From a virus (lineage: Duplodnaviria; Caudoviricetes): a stretch of DNA of 64,000 bases. The DNA is taken from the IMG/VR virus record IMGVR_UViG_2595698524_000001, positions 1 to 64,000 of that record; one strand, written 5' to 3'. The notes beneath the pieces are model-generated. The model did not search any database. It had not been told where the DNA came from and saw only the letters and a list, made by a program, of their open reading frames with translations. This document shows positions 1 to 9,970 of this stretch, one piece after another (position 1 is the first letter of the stretch; each line of letters opens with the position of its first letter). A program made the position numbers and the translations under genes.

Positions 1-495
1 ATGCAATCAGAACTGTTTATCAAACACATGAACGAAACTGCCTACTTTGAAGCGGAGACTGGTGCAGATGCCGTCTCACCACGTGAGGTCCTTCGACAAG
101 CGCTTTCGCGGTGGCACAATGCGAATACTGGAAAGTATCTGCAGACAGTTATCGTTGTTACTACAACTATCAGCGATGTGGCTGATCATGAAGAGCTAGG
201 CTATACTGCCGTATGGCTTGATACAGACGTTGTTGACGAAGAAGACATCACCACCTTACTTATTGGCGGTTTGGTGCCGGCTGACATCAACGGCACCCCC
301 GTCCCGGCGGCAGGCGGTAAATTAATTGCACGCGGATATCTCTGGAACACCGACCTTTGTTTCGTGCAATGTTTAGATAGTACGCAGGATATCAATACAC
401 GACTGCTCACTGCAGACATTCTGAAAGATGCTATCGTGTCCGAATTCGAAAAGATTCTACCCTACGAAGAATATTTGGCTAAAACAGCAGAATAA
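1..495 (+). CDS. hypothetical protein
   Basis: 164-aa ORF starting at base 1; first of a co-oriented run; no recognisable motif. Confidence 0.75.
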   Translation: MQSELFIKHMNETAYFEAETGADAVSPREVLRQALSRWHNANTGKYLQTVIVVTTTISDVADHEELGYTAVWLDTDVVDEEDITTLLIGGLVPADINGTPVPAAGGKLIARGYLWNTDLCFVQCLDSTQDINTRLLTADILKDAIVSEFEKILPYEEYLAKTAE

Positions 496-528
496 ATACC
501 CCACTATCCTTATACTTGGAGACATCAC

Positions 529-1026
529 ATGACCGCAATTTTAACGCATGTTACGCTTGGCGAACAAGAACATGAACTGCTACCTTTCGCTAAACTGCAA
601 GGTAATTACTCTGACCATGAAATCAGCTACCAGTTAGGCCAGCGGATTACCGACAGTATCCACCAAATGCAGGCGAACGGGTTGATGGACTTACGTGGTA
701 CTAACTTCATTTACGTTCACGAATACCGGCGGTGGGATGGGCGCATGATTGAAGACGACCGTTACAACGACGTCTCCATCACCATGTTCAAATCCCCTGA
801 CAGTTTATTCCTTCGCCGTATCTATTCACCGGACGAGGGATATACGTACTCCTTTGAAGAGAACGGTGGGATGGACGGTTCGGTGTGGGGGATGACCTAC
901 CGCAATGGTCAGCCTATTGTCCAGTCTATTCAGCGCGGCGGTAAAATCGACGATGCGTTACCGCACTATTTAAAACAACCTTTCGAGACTTTACTCGGCT
1001 ACATGCAAACGGGGATGAAACTCTAA
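529..1026 (+). CDS. hypothetical protein
   Basis: 165-aa ORF with GGAG RBS; stop overlaps the next start (TAATG). Confidence 0.8.
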   Translation: MTAILTHVTLGEQEHELLPFAKLQGNYSDHEISYQLGQRITDSIHQMQANGLMDLRGTNFIYVHEYRRWDGRMIEDDRYNDVSITMFKSPDSLFLRRIYSPDEGYTYSFEENGGMDGSVWGMTYRNGQPIVQSIQRGGKIDDALPHYLKQPFETLLGYMQTGMKL

Positions 1027-1526
1027 TGGTCGCTATCATCACTAACAACGGCAAGCACAAACTCACAGTAGACTCGTCGGGCGATTTCCGCTCAATGATT
1101 GCACTGGAGAAGAATGCGGTAAACAGCCTTTACCGTGTTCTGCATACCGAACTCGAACGCCAGTGCATGCGTCAACGCGTGGATAATATCCTCGTGCTTG
1201 AAACGATGTCGATGGAACGTTCAGAGACTATCCGGGTTTCTTACAACGTCGGGTTCAACATTCCGATTGAGCTGGCGTCGGATTGTCAGATGGTCGAATA
1301 CTCTACTAACGACCTTGCTGAAATCACAGGACGACTGGAATTCGTTGATAAAGACATGATTCGTTATCGTCGCACCATTCTGATTACCCCTACGCAGATT
1401 AACGCGATGTCTATCGACGGTAATGATTTCGATGAGACGCTGGCCCATGACCTTCAACGTCGCCTGAACGAGTACACGGCGCTGTATCCGCATCGTGGAC
1501 TCTCTGAAGCGACAAAAGCGCTGTAA
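1026..1526 (+). CDS. hypothetical protein
   Basis: 166-aa ORF translationally coupled to the upstream gene. Confidence 0.8.
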   Translation: MVAIITNNGKHKLTVDSSGDFRSMIALEKNAVNSLYRVLHTELERQCMRQRVDNILVLETMSMERSETIRVSYNVGFNIPIELASDCQMVEYSTNDLAEITGRLEFVDKDMIRYRRTILITPTQINAMSIDGNDFDETLAHDLQRRLNEYTALYPHRGLSEATKAL

Positions 1527-1537
1527 GTTTATGGGGG

Positions 1538-1565
1538 TTTTTTACAAGACCCCCGATTGATATAG
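1538..1565 (+). promoter_or_regulatory. putative middle-class promoter (TTTTTAC-N15-TATAG)
   Basis: TTTTTTAC AAGACCCCCGATTGA TATAG; same spacing recurs at several intergenic sites. Confidence 0.6.
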
Positions 1566-1588
1566 ACCCTCTGCTAAAGGTATTGACA

Positions 1589-2503
1589 ATGACACATCTC
1601 GAAGAGCAATTAAAACGCATTCATCTCTCCCCGGCGCAGGAGAACTTTTTTCGTCAGGTCGCCACCATCGATAACGATAAGTATCTTGATGCTACCGACA
1701 CAACTGCGGCAGTCCGCCATGCTGCGGTGCAGTTAGCCAAAGATGTGCTCGAAGGTAAGCCTCTGTATCAGGTATTTATCAACACCGCGGACGAAGAGAA
1801 ATCTTACCGTATTCGCCCACGCCAGTTAAAGCTTGACCTCGGTGGATATGTTTACACTGACAACTGGGCAGTTAATACTTTTGACTTCGCAGTGTTATTC
1901 GGCGTCGCCATGAAAACGGTTTACGTTAATAACGACCTTGTGTTGAACGTATCCCCAGAAGGGGCAATCCTGTTTAACGAGGCGTTATTGTCCGCACAGT
2001 GCAACTACGTCGAATCGGCGTTCGCGATTGCAACCGCTGACAAAGCCCCACTTAACGAATTACTACCGATGATTTTCGCGTACATCAAAGGTGTGCTGCT
2101 CGTTAAGCAGAAAGTCCGCGTCCCAAAAATAGATGGTGAATTCGACGATGTTCGCCGTCGCCTGTCCAAGTATATTCCCAAACGTTCGACTTGGACGGAC
2201 TACCTGCAGTTTTACAGTGTTAAGCTGCCGTTTGACGGTCCGACCGGTCCCGTGGACTTGCTGGCAAGCTTGACCGATATCACCGTCGATTCGTTGCCGG
2301 GTACACAGCTTTACTACAAATCGCTCGGTGGACAGTGTATCTGTTTGCAGACGCTGCAGGAAGTAGAGCAGCCTGCTATCACTGACGGTATCTTCACTGC
2401 CGCGCATGACGCGGCGTTACTCACCCCTGAACTGCTTTATATCGACACGCCTGAGCGTGAGCAAGAGCTGTACAATCTTTTCCAATTCTACCATAAGGGC
2501 TAA
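1589..2503 (+). CDS. hypothetical protein
   Basis: ~304-aa ORF; ATG after AAGG chosen over TTG at 1583. Confidence 0.8.
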   Translation: MTHLEEQLKRIHLSPAQENFFRQVATIDNDKYLDATDTTAAVRHAAVQLAKDVLEGKPLYQVFINTADEEKSYRIRPRQLKLDLGGYVYTDNWAVNTFDFAVLFGVAMKTVYVNNDLVLNVSPEGAILFNEALLSAQCNYVESAFAIATADKAPLNELLPMIFAYIKGVLLVKQKVRVPKIDGEFDDVRRRLSKYIPKRSTWTDYLQFYSVKLPFDGPTGPVDLLASLTDITVDSLPGTQLYYKSLGGQCICLQTLQEVEQPAITDGIFTAAHDAALLTPELLYIDTPEREQELYNLFQFYHKG

Positions 2504-2506
2504 GAC

Positions 2507-3400
2507 ATGTCTGACCGTTTTCATTCTTACTTTAAAGATTACGAACATTCACCTGAGCAACGTGCGTCTATGTTAGCTGCCGCCGCTCGTCTGATGGTCG
2601 CCGTCGTGTTCGACAAACCTATCATCGTAGTGGGTGAAGATTTTGACGGCGTCGAATCACCTGACCGTGAAGGTGAGCTCGATGTCAGCGCGTTAACACC
2701 ACGTTTCCAGAATCGTACTTTCGTCCGCATGATTGACGTACCGTATCTGATTCCGGAAGAAGTCCGTCAGTGGCAGAAACATCCGAACTACAAAGACGTT
2801 GACCTGCGTGCCGCGGTCGAAGAAAGTCATCTGGCTTTCGGCATGCCGTTCTTTGAGCACTTCGGTGAGTTCTTCAAGAAGAACGACGACGGTAGCTGGG
2901 TAGTTGAACTGGGTAAACTGGTTTGCACTGACAAACCGGGTCTGGTTGCTGCGGCGCGTGAATGGCTGCAAGCTTATCGCGAGTCCGAGCATTACGACGC
3001 GGCGCAGGCTGGTCTGAACCTGCAACGTGACGCTACGACCTACATCGGGTTCATTGAGAACGGTGTGCTGGACGAGCATGAACGTACTCACACTCTGAAG
3101 TCGGCGCATCTGTACTTCATGCGTATGTTCCGTTGGCTGCCTCTGCCGGAAGCGGCCGATGGTTATGCGCTCTGGAAACAGACGCTGGAGGAAGACTTCG
3201 AGCACGTTAACGAAATGTCCAGCGACTGGCCTCAGCTGTGGCCGTGCACTGTAGTTGATAACCCAGACGATCTGCTCGACCGTCAGTTCCCTATCGTGCA
3301 AACCGATAAAGACCTCGGCGCTTTCGGTAATGACGCTTACGGCGGGTACTGCATCTACATGCCGCGTTATGTGCTGGCGCAGTATACGTTCGACTGCTAA
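2507..3400 (+). CDS. hypothetical protein
   Basis: 297-aa acidic ORF with typical codon usage; followed by a terminator. Confidence 0.85.
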   Translation: MSDRFHSYFKDYEHSPEQRASMLAAAARLMVAVVFDKPIIVVGEDFDGVESPDREGELDVSALTPRFQNRTFVRMIDVPYLIPEEVRQWQKHPNYKDVDLRAAVEESHLAFGMPFFEHFGEFFKKNDDGSWVVELGKLVCTDKPGLVAAAREWLQAYRESEHYDAAQAGLNLQRDATTYIGFIENGVLDEHERTHTLKSAHLYFMRMFRWLPLPEAADGYALWKQTLEEDFEHVNEMSSDWPQLWPCTVVDNPDDLLDRQFPIVQTDKDLGAFGNDAYGGYCIYMPRYVLAQYTFDC

Positions 3401-3403
3401 GCC

Positions 3404-3438
3404 AAAGACCCCACTTCGGTGGGGTTCTTTATTTTTTT
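3404..3438 (+). terminator. intrinsic terminator
   Basis: GACCCCAC-TTCG-GTGGGGTT followed by a T-tract. Confidence 0.85.
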
Positions 3439-3462
3439 ATGGAATGGCCGTCTAGACTGATA

Positions 3463-3490
3463 TTTTTTACAGTTGACCCGTTTGATATAG
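3463..3490 (+). promoter_or_regulatory. putative middle-class promoter
   Basis: TTTTTTAC AGTTGACCCGTTTGA TATAG. Confidence 0.6.
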
Positions 3491-3507
3491 TGGAAAGGAG
3501 AGATTTC

Positions 3508-3885
3508 GTGAATAAGAACTTTTTTGACTACTTGAGGGCGGGTGAGTTTCCTTGTGAGGTCACCTACGACGGAGGCAAATATAAAACGTTTATCGCGTTC
3601 ATTACCACGACTCCCTACTTCAAGAGTTTCATCGATGAATTTACCGCTGTAGAAGAATGCATCAACTTTGAATTACCGCATACCTTGACCTGTCCGTCCG
3701 CACTGACAGTCGCCGATGTTAAAACCATGATGAAAAATTCAGACCACATGGACTACCTGTTGCGGCATCTGGTTGATAAGTTGCTCCGTGCAGAGGATTC
3801 GTATGAGTCAATCTTCGCGGCGTTGTTTGACTATTACTACATGGTTCGGAACTACACCCAGATACCATTAGACACCGTACACTAA
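3508..3885 (+). CDS. hypothetical protein
   Basis: GTG start after AAGGAG; the ORF-track start at 3439 lies upstream of the promoter motif. Confidence 0.75.
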   Translation: MNKNFFDYLRAGEFPCEVTYDGGKYKTFIAFITTTPYFKSFIDEFTAVEECINFELPHTLTCPSALTVADVKTMMKNSDHMDYLLRHLVDKLLRAEDSYESIFAALFDYYYMVRNYTQIPLDTVH

Positions 3886-3907
3886 CTTCCGAGTGAGGAG
3901 AGAAACA

Positions 3908-4297
3908 ATGGGTAGAAAGATTAGCCCGGTGGACGTAGTTCGACTCCACCCGGACGACCTTGCCAACATCAAGCCGAAGTCTGAGCTGGATAAGAAATTC
4001 TTAACAGGAATTGAGTGGGGTTTTGCCCTACATCCGGATGAGGTTCGTAATACTGAACAACCCCACCTGAAAGGTCCGGTTGAAATCGACTGGCGTACCG
4101 CAGGGGAAGGTTGCGACGACATCGTGTCAGCGATTAATGCGGTTACTGTCAGCAGTGAGGATTTACCGATTGCCGGCCCTGCCGAGCACCTCATCTCCTT
4201 GCGCCGATTTATCAACGCCCAAGCGGAAACGGTACGTAACGGCGATGCGTGGCAGCTGGGGACTTCATTACATCTGAAGTCTGTATTCGGCGGATGA
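3908..4297 (+). CDS. hypothetical protein
   Basis: ATG after GAGGAG. Confidence 0.8.
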   Translation: MGRKISPVDVVRLHPDDLANIKPKSELDKKFLTGIEWGFALHPDEVRNTEQPHLKGPVEIDWRTAGEGCDDIVSAINAVTVSSEDLPIAGPAEHLISLRRFINAQAETVRNGDAWQLGTSLHLKSVFGG

Positions 4298-4350
4298 AAA
4301 AAAGAAGAGACTACTCTCCCCAGCGGGAGAGTAGCTACTTTTATTTTTTT
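4298..4350. terminator. bidirectional terminator
   Basis: A-tract, CTACTCTCCC-CAGC-GGGAGAGTAG, T-tract; lies between convergent genes. Confidence 0.85.
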
Positions 4351-5161
4351 ATACTGCGAAGCGACCACCGCTACGGTAGTTATCACGGTTGCCTTGGTTG
4401 TCGTTGTGGACCAACGCACGCTTAGCAACCAGTAACTGGTCATCGTAGGATTGACCGGCATCGCGATACTCTTCAACGAAGTCTTTGAACTTATCGAACG
4501 ACACACCGTTTTCTAAACGGGCTACGTCCAAGTCCAGTGAGAGTTGGTTGTAGATGTATTGCTTAGTTGCCCACGATGCCAATAATGCAATCGCCGGATA
4601 GAACGGTGGTTTAATCTCGTTCAGTTCCGGGGACAGCTTCGTACGCACCTTCAGTCGGGTTCCGTACTGGAACATACCCGGGTCTTTAACGGACACCGTG
4701 TTCGGACCCAGTACAATCACTTCAGACGACGTCAGGCGAGGCATCGCTGAGTGGGAGTTCACCACTTGCTCAGTGCTGGAAACCACGCCCGATGTTGAAC
4801 CAGTCAGGTACGAACCTGCCGGTGGAAGGGTATACGCTTGTCCCGCAACAGGAGTTCCCACTAAGTGCGCTGCGATGATATCATTACCGCCGGTACGCTC
4901 TTCAGGGATGTAATAAATGCGAGTGAATTGGTCGTGAGGGTCTTGCTCGTAGGATAACGCCGAAAGGTCGATTTCTTTCAACTGGCCGAATTGCGAGAGG
5001 TCGGGGATAACAGTATCCTTTAAGACTTTCTCAACAATCTGGTTCTCAATTGACGCCGGTGCGCCAAACATTCGCATTCCGGGTTCAATGAAAGTAGCAT
5101 CCAGAATCGGTTTCGGGATATTCCGCCGTATCATTCTGAGGCATGCGTCGATGGCACTCAT
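4349..5161 (-). CDS. putative virion structural protein
   Basis: 270 aa with AGGAG RBS; TATG ~30 nt upstream (late-promoter motif known from phiKZ); structural role inferred. Confidence 0.55.
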   Translation of the reverse strand: MSAIDACLRMIRRNIPKPILDATFIEPGMRMFGAPASIENQIVEKVLKDTVIPDLSQFGQLKEIDLSALSYEQDPHDQFTRIYYIPEERTGGNDIIAAHLVGTPVAGQAYTLPPAGSYLTGSTSGVVSSTEQVVNSHSAMPRLTSSEVIVLGPNTVSVKDPGMFQYGTRLKVRTKLSPELNEIKPPFYPAIALLASWATKQYIYNQLSLDLDVARLENGVSFDKFKDFVEEYRDAGQSYDDQLLVAKRALVHNDNQGNRDNYRSGGRFAV

Positions 5162-5280
5162 TATAAGCTCCTAGAAATCATTATGCGGGGTTCATAGCAT
5201 CTGTCTAACCCTACCCTACAGGGGTAAGTTTTTTTACAACACGGACCCATTCTTTGGGGGTTCAATCAATCTAATTAGAA

Positions 5281-5299
5281 ACATATATTATCTGTGGGA
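5281..5299 (+). promoter_or_regulatory. putative early (virion RNAP) promoter
   Basis: ACATATA-TTA-TCTGT-GGGA, matching the window consensus A[TC]A[TG]ATN-TTA-N5-GTGA. Confidence 0.55.
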
Positions 5300-5322
5300 A
5301 GCAGTATACATGTGGAGTTTCT

Positions 5323-5670
5323 ATGTCTGAAATTATCCTGGTCATACCCCCGGTAGACTTATCAGCGTTGGGTCGCGTTTATCAAGTGAATCGTTTGTCA
5401 TTTGTGGAGCTGGCCCGCGCTATCGAGAATTTGATATACCCGGGGCGTCACTTGGACATAAGTGATGCGTACAATACTTTCGCCGAGGCTTTCTTTGCTA
5501 CCGACCTGTGGTTCACTATCTCAACTCTGGGTCAAGAAAAACCTCTGTACTTTAAAGAAATTAACGGAGCATTAGTCGCATGTACAACTTTAAATTCTAC
5601 CCAGCTGACGTTCATGGTTGGTTTTGGGATGCGATCCAAAAGACAGGCTATGCAGACGCGTTACGCATGA
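5323..5670 (+). CDS. hypothetical protein
   Basis: 115 aa with GGAG RBS. Confidence 0.7.
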   Translation: MSEIILVIPPVDLSALGRVYQVNRLSFVELARAIENLIYPGRHLDISDAYNTFAEAFFATDLWFTISTLGQEKPLYFKEINGALVACTTLNSTQLTFMVGFGMRSKRQAMQTRYA

Positions 5671-6188
5671 GAACGCGCGAGCAGGAGCAGATGACTGTCG
5701 ATATGCTCAACTGCGCGTTGTTCTTTACGTTTAAATCCGTCGAAGCAATTCCTGGATTTACGCCGGAAGAGTTGTTGGCTAAATACATTAATCCTGAGCA
5801 GCTATTCGAATTCCTGAATAAGAACGGTGAAGCCCGTCCGGTTCGCCACGCTGTGGTTCGTACTATCCGTCAGAACGTGTTTGACCCACACTCACCTCTG
5901 ATACATGTCCCTGACGTTATCGTCAAACGGCCTCCGGATATCGAGTTAGCGTACATGGCGTACAATGACGCGTTCCGCTCGTTCCGTGACAAAGTCGAAT
6001 TAATGATTCGTCGTGTACTGGGCGATAAATTCAACCGCTATGCTATAGTTGAGCTTACTGCGCTCGCAGACGCCAATGAAATCGTACGTGCGTTGAATTT
6101 GAAAATACACGGCGACATCCGTCACAAATATTACATGGAACAATTCCCAGATGGCCGATTTGACAGCGGAAAGGGTGGTGGGCATTGA
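5580..6188 (+). CDS. hypothetical protein
   Basis: 202 aa with GGAG RBS; overlaps the upstream ORF by 91 nt. Confidence 0.75.
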   Translation: MYNFKFYPADVHGWFWDAIQKTGYADALRMRTREQEQMTVDMLNCALFFTFKSVEAIPGFTPEELLAKYINPEQLFEFLNKNGEARPVRHAVVRTIRQNVFDPHSPLIHVPDVIVKRPPDIELAYMAYNDAFRSFRDKVELMIRRVLGDKFNRYAIVELTALADANEIVRALNLKIHGDIRHKYYMEQFPDGRFDSGKGGGH

Positions 6189-6543
6189 TGTAATTCTAAC
6201 CACCGCATGGACAACCCTTATTTTAGACGATGACGAACGCGACTACCATTTGTTTACGCGTTACCAACGTCACGTGCTTTTGAAAGACATACTTCACGGC
6301 TTATTCCCAAATTACTTACAAAACTACAACGAGTGGGGTGCCATTGACATGGGCTTTACCCACCGTTTAGTTTGCTCGTACATCCGTGAAGCGAAAATGG
6401 ACTTATCCCGACTCATTGGTCTTGAATTAATGCGGGCCATGCGCGGGTGTATGGGCATTGAGAAAGGGTATCGTTTTTACTATCGTATCGACGGAAAGCT
6501 ACTCCGGTATTATCCGCGTCGGTCTAGGAGGTATGATGGTTAA
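6151..6543 (+). CDS. hypothetical protein
   Basis: 130 aa; part of the overlapping chain. Confidence 0.7.
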   Translation: MADLTAERVVGIDVILTTAWTTLILDDDERDYHLFTRYQRHVLLKDILHGLFPNYLQNYNEWGAIDMGFTHRLVCSYIREAKMDLSRLIGLELMRAMRGCMGIEKGYRFYYRIDGKLLRYYPRRSRRYDG

Positions 6544-6931
6544 ACTATCCCATCGTGTAATTTATTTCGACTTGTCTCCCGTCTATCAAGCGTTGCGTAA
6601 GCCGCTCGAGAAAGCGGGTGGGGACAGTGTAGATTTTTACTTGTCCATCGGTGAGTATGACCACCTCGTTCGACAAATTGTTTTGTTGGACCTACTCACC
6701 CGCACTGAGCACATTACCTTCTGTTCAGCGCAGTTAGCATTGAAACGGTATGTGCGGGATATGGATTTCTTAATCTGCTTCCCGCAAGCCGTCAATCTTT
6801 TAGAGAGCGAATTGGGTAATTCACGTGCGGTATTCCATAGCGTGGAAGACGCCATCCCCGTACCCATTAATCCATACACGATGATGGAGCCAGTCAAAGG
6901 CACCATCTGGGCATTTATCACAGGAGCCTAA
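6536..6931 (+). CDS. hypothetical protein
   Basis: ATG after AGGAGG. Confidence 0.7.
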   Translation: MVKLSHRVIYFDLSPVYQALRKPLEKAGGDSVDFYLSIGEYDHLVRQIVLLDLLTRTEHITFCSAQLALKRYVRDMDFLICFPQAVNLLESELGNSRAVFHSVEDAIPVPINPYTMMEPVKGTIWAFITGA

Positions 6932-6932
6932 A

Positions 6933-7436
6933 ATGCAAGACACTCGCGACGAGTATTATCTGATTCCGGACTATCAAAATCTGGTAGGGCAGTTGACGGA
7001 ATTCGACCCGGGCTCGTTACTCTCGGCTGTTTGTGAAGACGTCAACAAGATGCTCAACTATGTGTTGATGCTTCGTGAAGATAACGAAGAAATCCCGACC
7101 ATGATGGAAAGCACCATGCAGTACATCCATCGTGAAATGGCGGAACGTAAAGTTATCCTGACGCAAGAACAAGCGCTGGAGTACGGACGCTTAGTGGGTC
7201 AGTTGGTTCGTGCGTACATCAGCGCCATCACCAGCACCTTCTTCTGGTTTACTCGTCATGCTCAATGGGTTGGTGCGCGCTATACTGGCGACGGCTCTGG
7301 TGGCGTGGAGTTCATTCTGCGTTATGGCGTTGTTAAGCTGCCGGAGTACGAAGACCCTGCGGTCGTGCGTGCCCTGGGTCCTGAAGTCTCCACCAAGCTT
7401 GATTTGCTGGCGGGTCGTTTAGGGGCGAGCTTATGA
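6933..7436 (+). CDS. hypothetical protein
   Basis: 167 aa with AGGAG RBS. Confidence 0.8.
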   Translation: MQDTRDEYYLIPDYQNLVGQLTEFDPGSLLSAVCEDVNKMLNYVLMLREDNEEIPTMMESTMQYIHREMAERKVILTQEQALEYGRLVGQLVRAYISAITSTFFWFTRHAQWVGARYTGDGSGGVEFILRYGVVKLPEYEDPAVVRALGPEVSTKLDLLAGRLGASL

Positions 7437-7981
7437 GTAGACGTGTGCTGTATCCTGTGATGGATGCAATACACGCTTACGGTGTTGAGAGCTTCGCGGC
7501 TCTCATTCGCGAAAACCTCGTGGAAGGACTCGACGGAGTCAACATTGAGGTTTTCGACGACGCCAATTTTTATCGCGTGTTTGCATATGCGTATATCGCG
7601 GGGGCGATGAGCGGCAGTTCTCAGGTGTTCCTTGATGCGTTTGGTGTGGATAACCTTGAACCGTTGGACTTACATCCGAACGTTCCCGGAATCAAAACCG
7701 GACAATTTACGCTTGATGGCGACGATACCGTAAACTTCAGTCTCGACGACGATCCGAACGATTTGATTAACAGCGAAGTTGCCACGTTTATCTTACCGTT
7801 TACAGTAGACTCGTCTGAGGCGGATACGGTGGAAGTGACCAGTCGTTATGTCGATATGCTCAATAAAGAACTGTTTACGCAGACCGGTCTGGTGAGTGTG
7901 ATACGTTCGATGTTCCCGGGCCAATACATTGACTACCGAGGCGACGACCTCCTCTCCATGGTCGTTGTATGTGACGTATGA
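7433..7981 (+). CDS. hypothetical protein
   Basis: 182 aa, acidic; ATGA overlap. Confidence 0.8.
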   Translation: MSRRVLYPVMDAIHAYGVESFAALIRENLVEGLDGVNIEVFDDANFYRVFAYAYIAGAMSGSSQVFLDAFGVDNLEPLDLHPNVPGIKTGQFTLDGDDTVNFSLDDDPNDLINSEVATFILPFTVDSSEADTVEVTSRYVDMLNKELFTQTGLVSVIRSMFPGQYIDYRGDDLLSMVVVCDV

Positions 7982-8415
7982 AATTAATCCTGACCCTTGA
8001 AGACATCATTCCTCGTGAGAATGTCACGAAGACGGTTGACTTCATGCTAAAGGAAGGTATGCGTGAGCCACCGGCTCACGCGCTTATCTTTATTTTAGCG
8101 CAAACGTTTGTTAGCAACCTTACCGTCGACGCACAAGTCGGTGAGGGGGAGTTTGCCATGTTTACAGCACCACCTATTACATGTGGCAGGCTTGCGGTCA
8201 TAATCAAAAGAATGTTTCCGATGGACTCTGTTATCCCGATAAAGATGTGGGGAATGGGATGGGGCGATTTCCAGCCGAGCTATTTTAATTATGATAGACT
8301 CGTTACCATTCTCGGGGCGATGGACATGCTCTATCGCAAAGACGTCGTCATCGGTCAAGTTATCAAAGGACCAGCTGATACCCTTATCACTGTGGAACGC
8401 CCTTTTTCATTATGA
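7978..8415 (+). CDS. hypothetical protein
   Basis: 145 aa; ATGA overlap. Confidence 0.75.
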   Translation: MKLILTLEDIIPRENVTKTVDFMLKEGMREPPAHALIFILAQTFVSNLTVDAQVGEGEFAMFTAPPITCGRLAVIIKRMFPMDSVIPIKMWGMGWGDFQPSYFNYDRLVTILGAMDMLYRKDVVIGQVIKGPADTLITVERPFSL

Positions 8416-8421
8416 CCTAAC

Positions 8422-8448
8422 TTTTTACAATTCATCCAACCTGTATAG
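8422..8448 (+). promoter_or_regulatory. putative middle-class promoter
   Basis: TTTTTAC AATTCATCCAACCTG TATAG. Confidence 0.6.
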
Positions 8449-8472
8449 GCACAGGTTAACTCGAGGTTGAAG

Positions 8473-9084
8473 ATGAGTCAGTACAACATTACAAATGCCG
8501 GGCCGGTTTTGCAGGACCACGGCATTATTGATTACCTGCAGGGGTCTGAGCCGTTCATGCGATTGATGAATGAATGGCAACGAGCGTTACAGGTCTGCGC
8601 TATCAGCCTCACCAAGGAGAACCTGGAGGCAATCGTAAGTGGGGAAGGTGAACCCTACGAAGAGATAGTCGCGCGCTTTTCATGGTCGATTATTGACCAG
8701 TACAATTTCGTCGTTCCGTTTAATCTGCGTGCAGAGTTGCGTGAGTTCATGAAAGCGGTATCGAAAGAATACCGCGTCTGGGAGTTCGACAAGGCGCTGT
8801 CGTCCGATTATCGTGAGGATGAGTACACTGAAGGTATGTGCATCATTCACGGCCTGTACAAAGAAGGGGCGAGTGACACTGCGGACTCTCAGGTGTTGGC
8901 GCAATATTTCGCAGACCGAGTAGCGCGGGGGCTGGCGAAAGCAATTGAAGCGAGTTATAAAACGCCACTGACATTTTTTATGAACCGCCACCCGAAAGAT
9001 TTTAAACGTGGGCTGATGCGCGTAACTTTTAACGACCAGAACCCGTTCGTTAAGTTCCAATTAGCCCTCACAATGGAGGATTAA
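8473..9084 (+). CDS. hypothetical protein
   Basis: ATG after GAGG. Confidence 0.8.
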   Translation: MSQYNITNAGPVLQDHGIIDYLQGSEPFMRLMNEWQRALQVCAISLTKENLEAIVSGEGEPYEEIVARFSWSIIDQYNFVVPFNLRAELREFMKAVSKEYRVWEFDKALSSDYREDEYTEGMCIIHGLYKEGASDTADSQVLAQYFADRVARGLAKAIEASYKTPLTFFMNRHPKDFKRGLMRVTFNDQNPFVKFQLALTMED

Positions 9085-9489
9085 ATGTTCGACATTAATA
9101 CTGTCCCGCATGGGGTTGTCGTAAACATCACCTACGATACGCCCTTGCGCGGGTCTGAGCAGTACGTCGAAGTGCTTGGTACCTGTGGCTACAAAATGGC
9201 CATGGATATCGAAGACGTAAACGCCATTCACCAAAACATCTACTCCTCGCTTGAAGCGCAACCGGCTAACAACCTGCAGGAGTACAACTTCCTCATCTTC
9301 CGTGATAAGGAAGGAATCAAACGCGCGGCTGCCGATGCGTGGATTCGTAATGTGGTTGTGGTGAAGAAGATTAAAGCACAATGCACGATTGCAATTGACA
9401 ATGTCGATGAGATTGAACACATTCGCCGGGCGCTTGCGTCACGTGGTCTGAATGATGTTGAAATCACCGTCATTGAGCAAACAGGTTAA
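9085..9489 (+). CDS. conserved hypothetical protein (possibly phiKZ gp49-like)
   Basis: 134 aa with GGAGG RBS; homology inferred only from its position before the DNA polymerase. Confidence 0.6.
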   Translation: MFDINTVPHGVVVNITYDTPLRGSEQYVEVLGTCGYKMAMDIEDVNAIHQNIYSSLEAQPANNLQEYNFLIFRDKEGIKRAAADAWIRNVVVVKKIKAQCTIAIDNVDEIEHIRRALASRGLNDVEITVIEQTG

Positions 9490-9513
9490 GGGGCTCCGGC
9501 CCCTTTATTTTTT
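9488..9513 (+). terminator. intrinsic terminator
   Basis: AAGGGGC-TCCG-GCCCCTT followed by a T-tract. Confidence 0.85.
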
Positions 9514-9544
9514 GGCACAGACTACAAACAGCAACCGGATAACC

Positions 9545-9841
9545 ATGAATCGTATAGAAGGCGTAGTAAGCGCTTATAATACCGACCCAGAAAACCCCAC
9601 TATCACTGTAACCTCTACCAAGACGGGCCGTGACTACACGGTACGTATTTGGTACGACCGCAAATTCTGGCGCGGCCTTCGCATGGGTGACACCGTAATG
9701 TTACAACTGAACAAGCAAGACGAGTACGGCCTAAAACAACTGCTGAAAGTTGGTGAAGGTGAGGGACTCGACTTTGGCGACAAATTCCCTAAGCCGTTTA
9801 ATCCTGCAGAGGACGGTGTGGGTAAGTGGCTCGTTCAGTGA
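9545..9841 (+). CDS. small beta-rich protein, possible OB fold
   Basis: pattern IEGVVS...ITV...LRMGDTV. Confidence 0.55.
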   Translation: MNRIEGVVSAYNTDPENPTITVTSTKTGRDYTVRIWYDRKFWRGLRMGDTVMLQLNKQDEYGLKQLLKVGEGEGLDFGDKFPKPFNPAEDGVGKWLVQ

Positions 9842-9882
9842 TTTAATATGCAGAGGTACTGATTACTTTGAGATCGGACTCA

Positions 9883-9922
9883 CCCAGATTCCCACGTGGA
9901 GTCTGGGACTTTTTCTTTTTTT
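9883..9922 (+). terminator. intrinsic terminator
   Basis: CCCAGATTCC/GGAGTCTGGG stem followed by a T-tract. Confidence 0.7.
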
Positions 9923-9970
9923 ACGCATCCCGTCGTTAATGTGTCCAATAACAATAACCGCGGTGCCATC

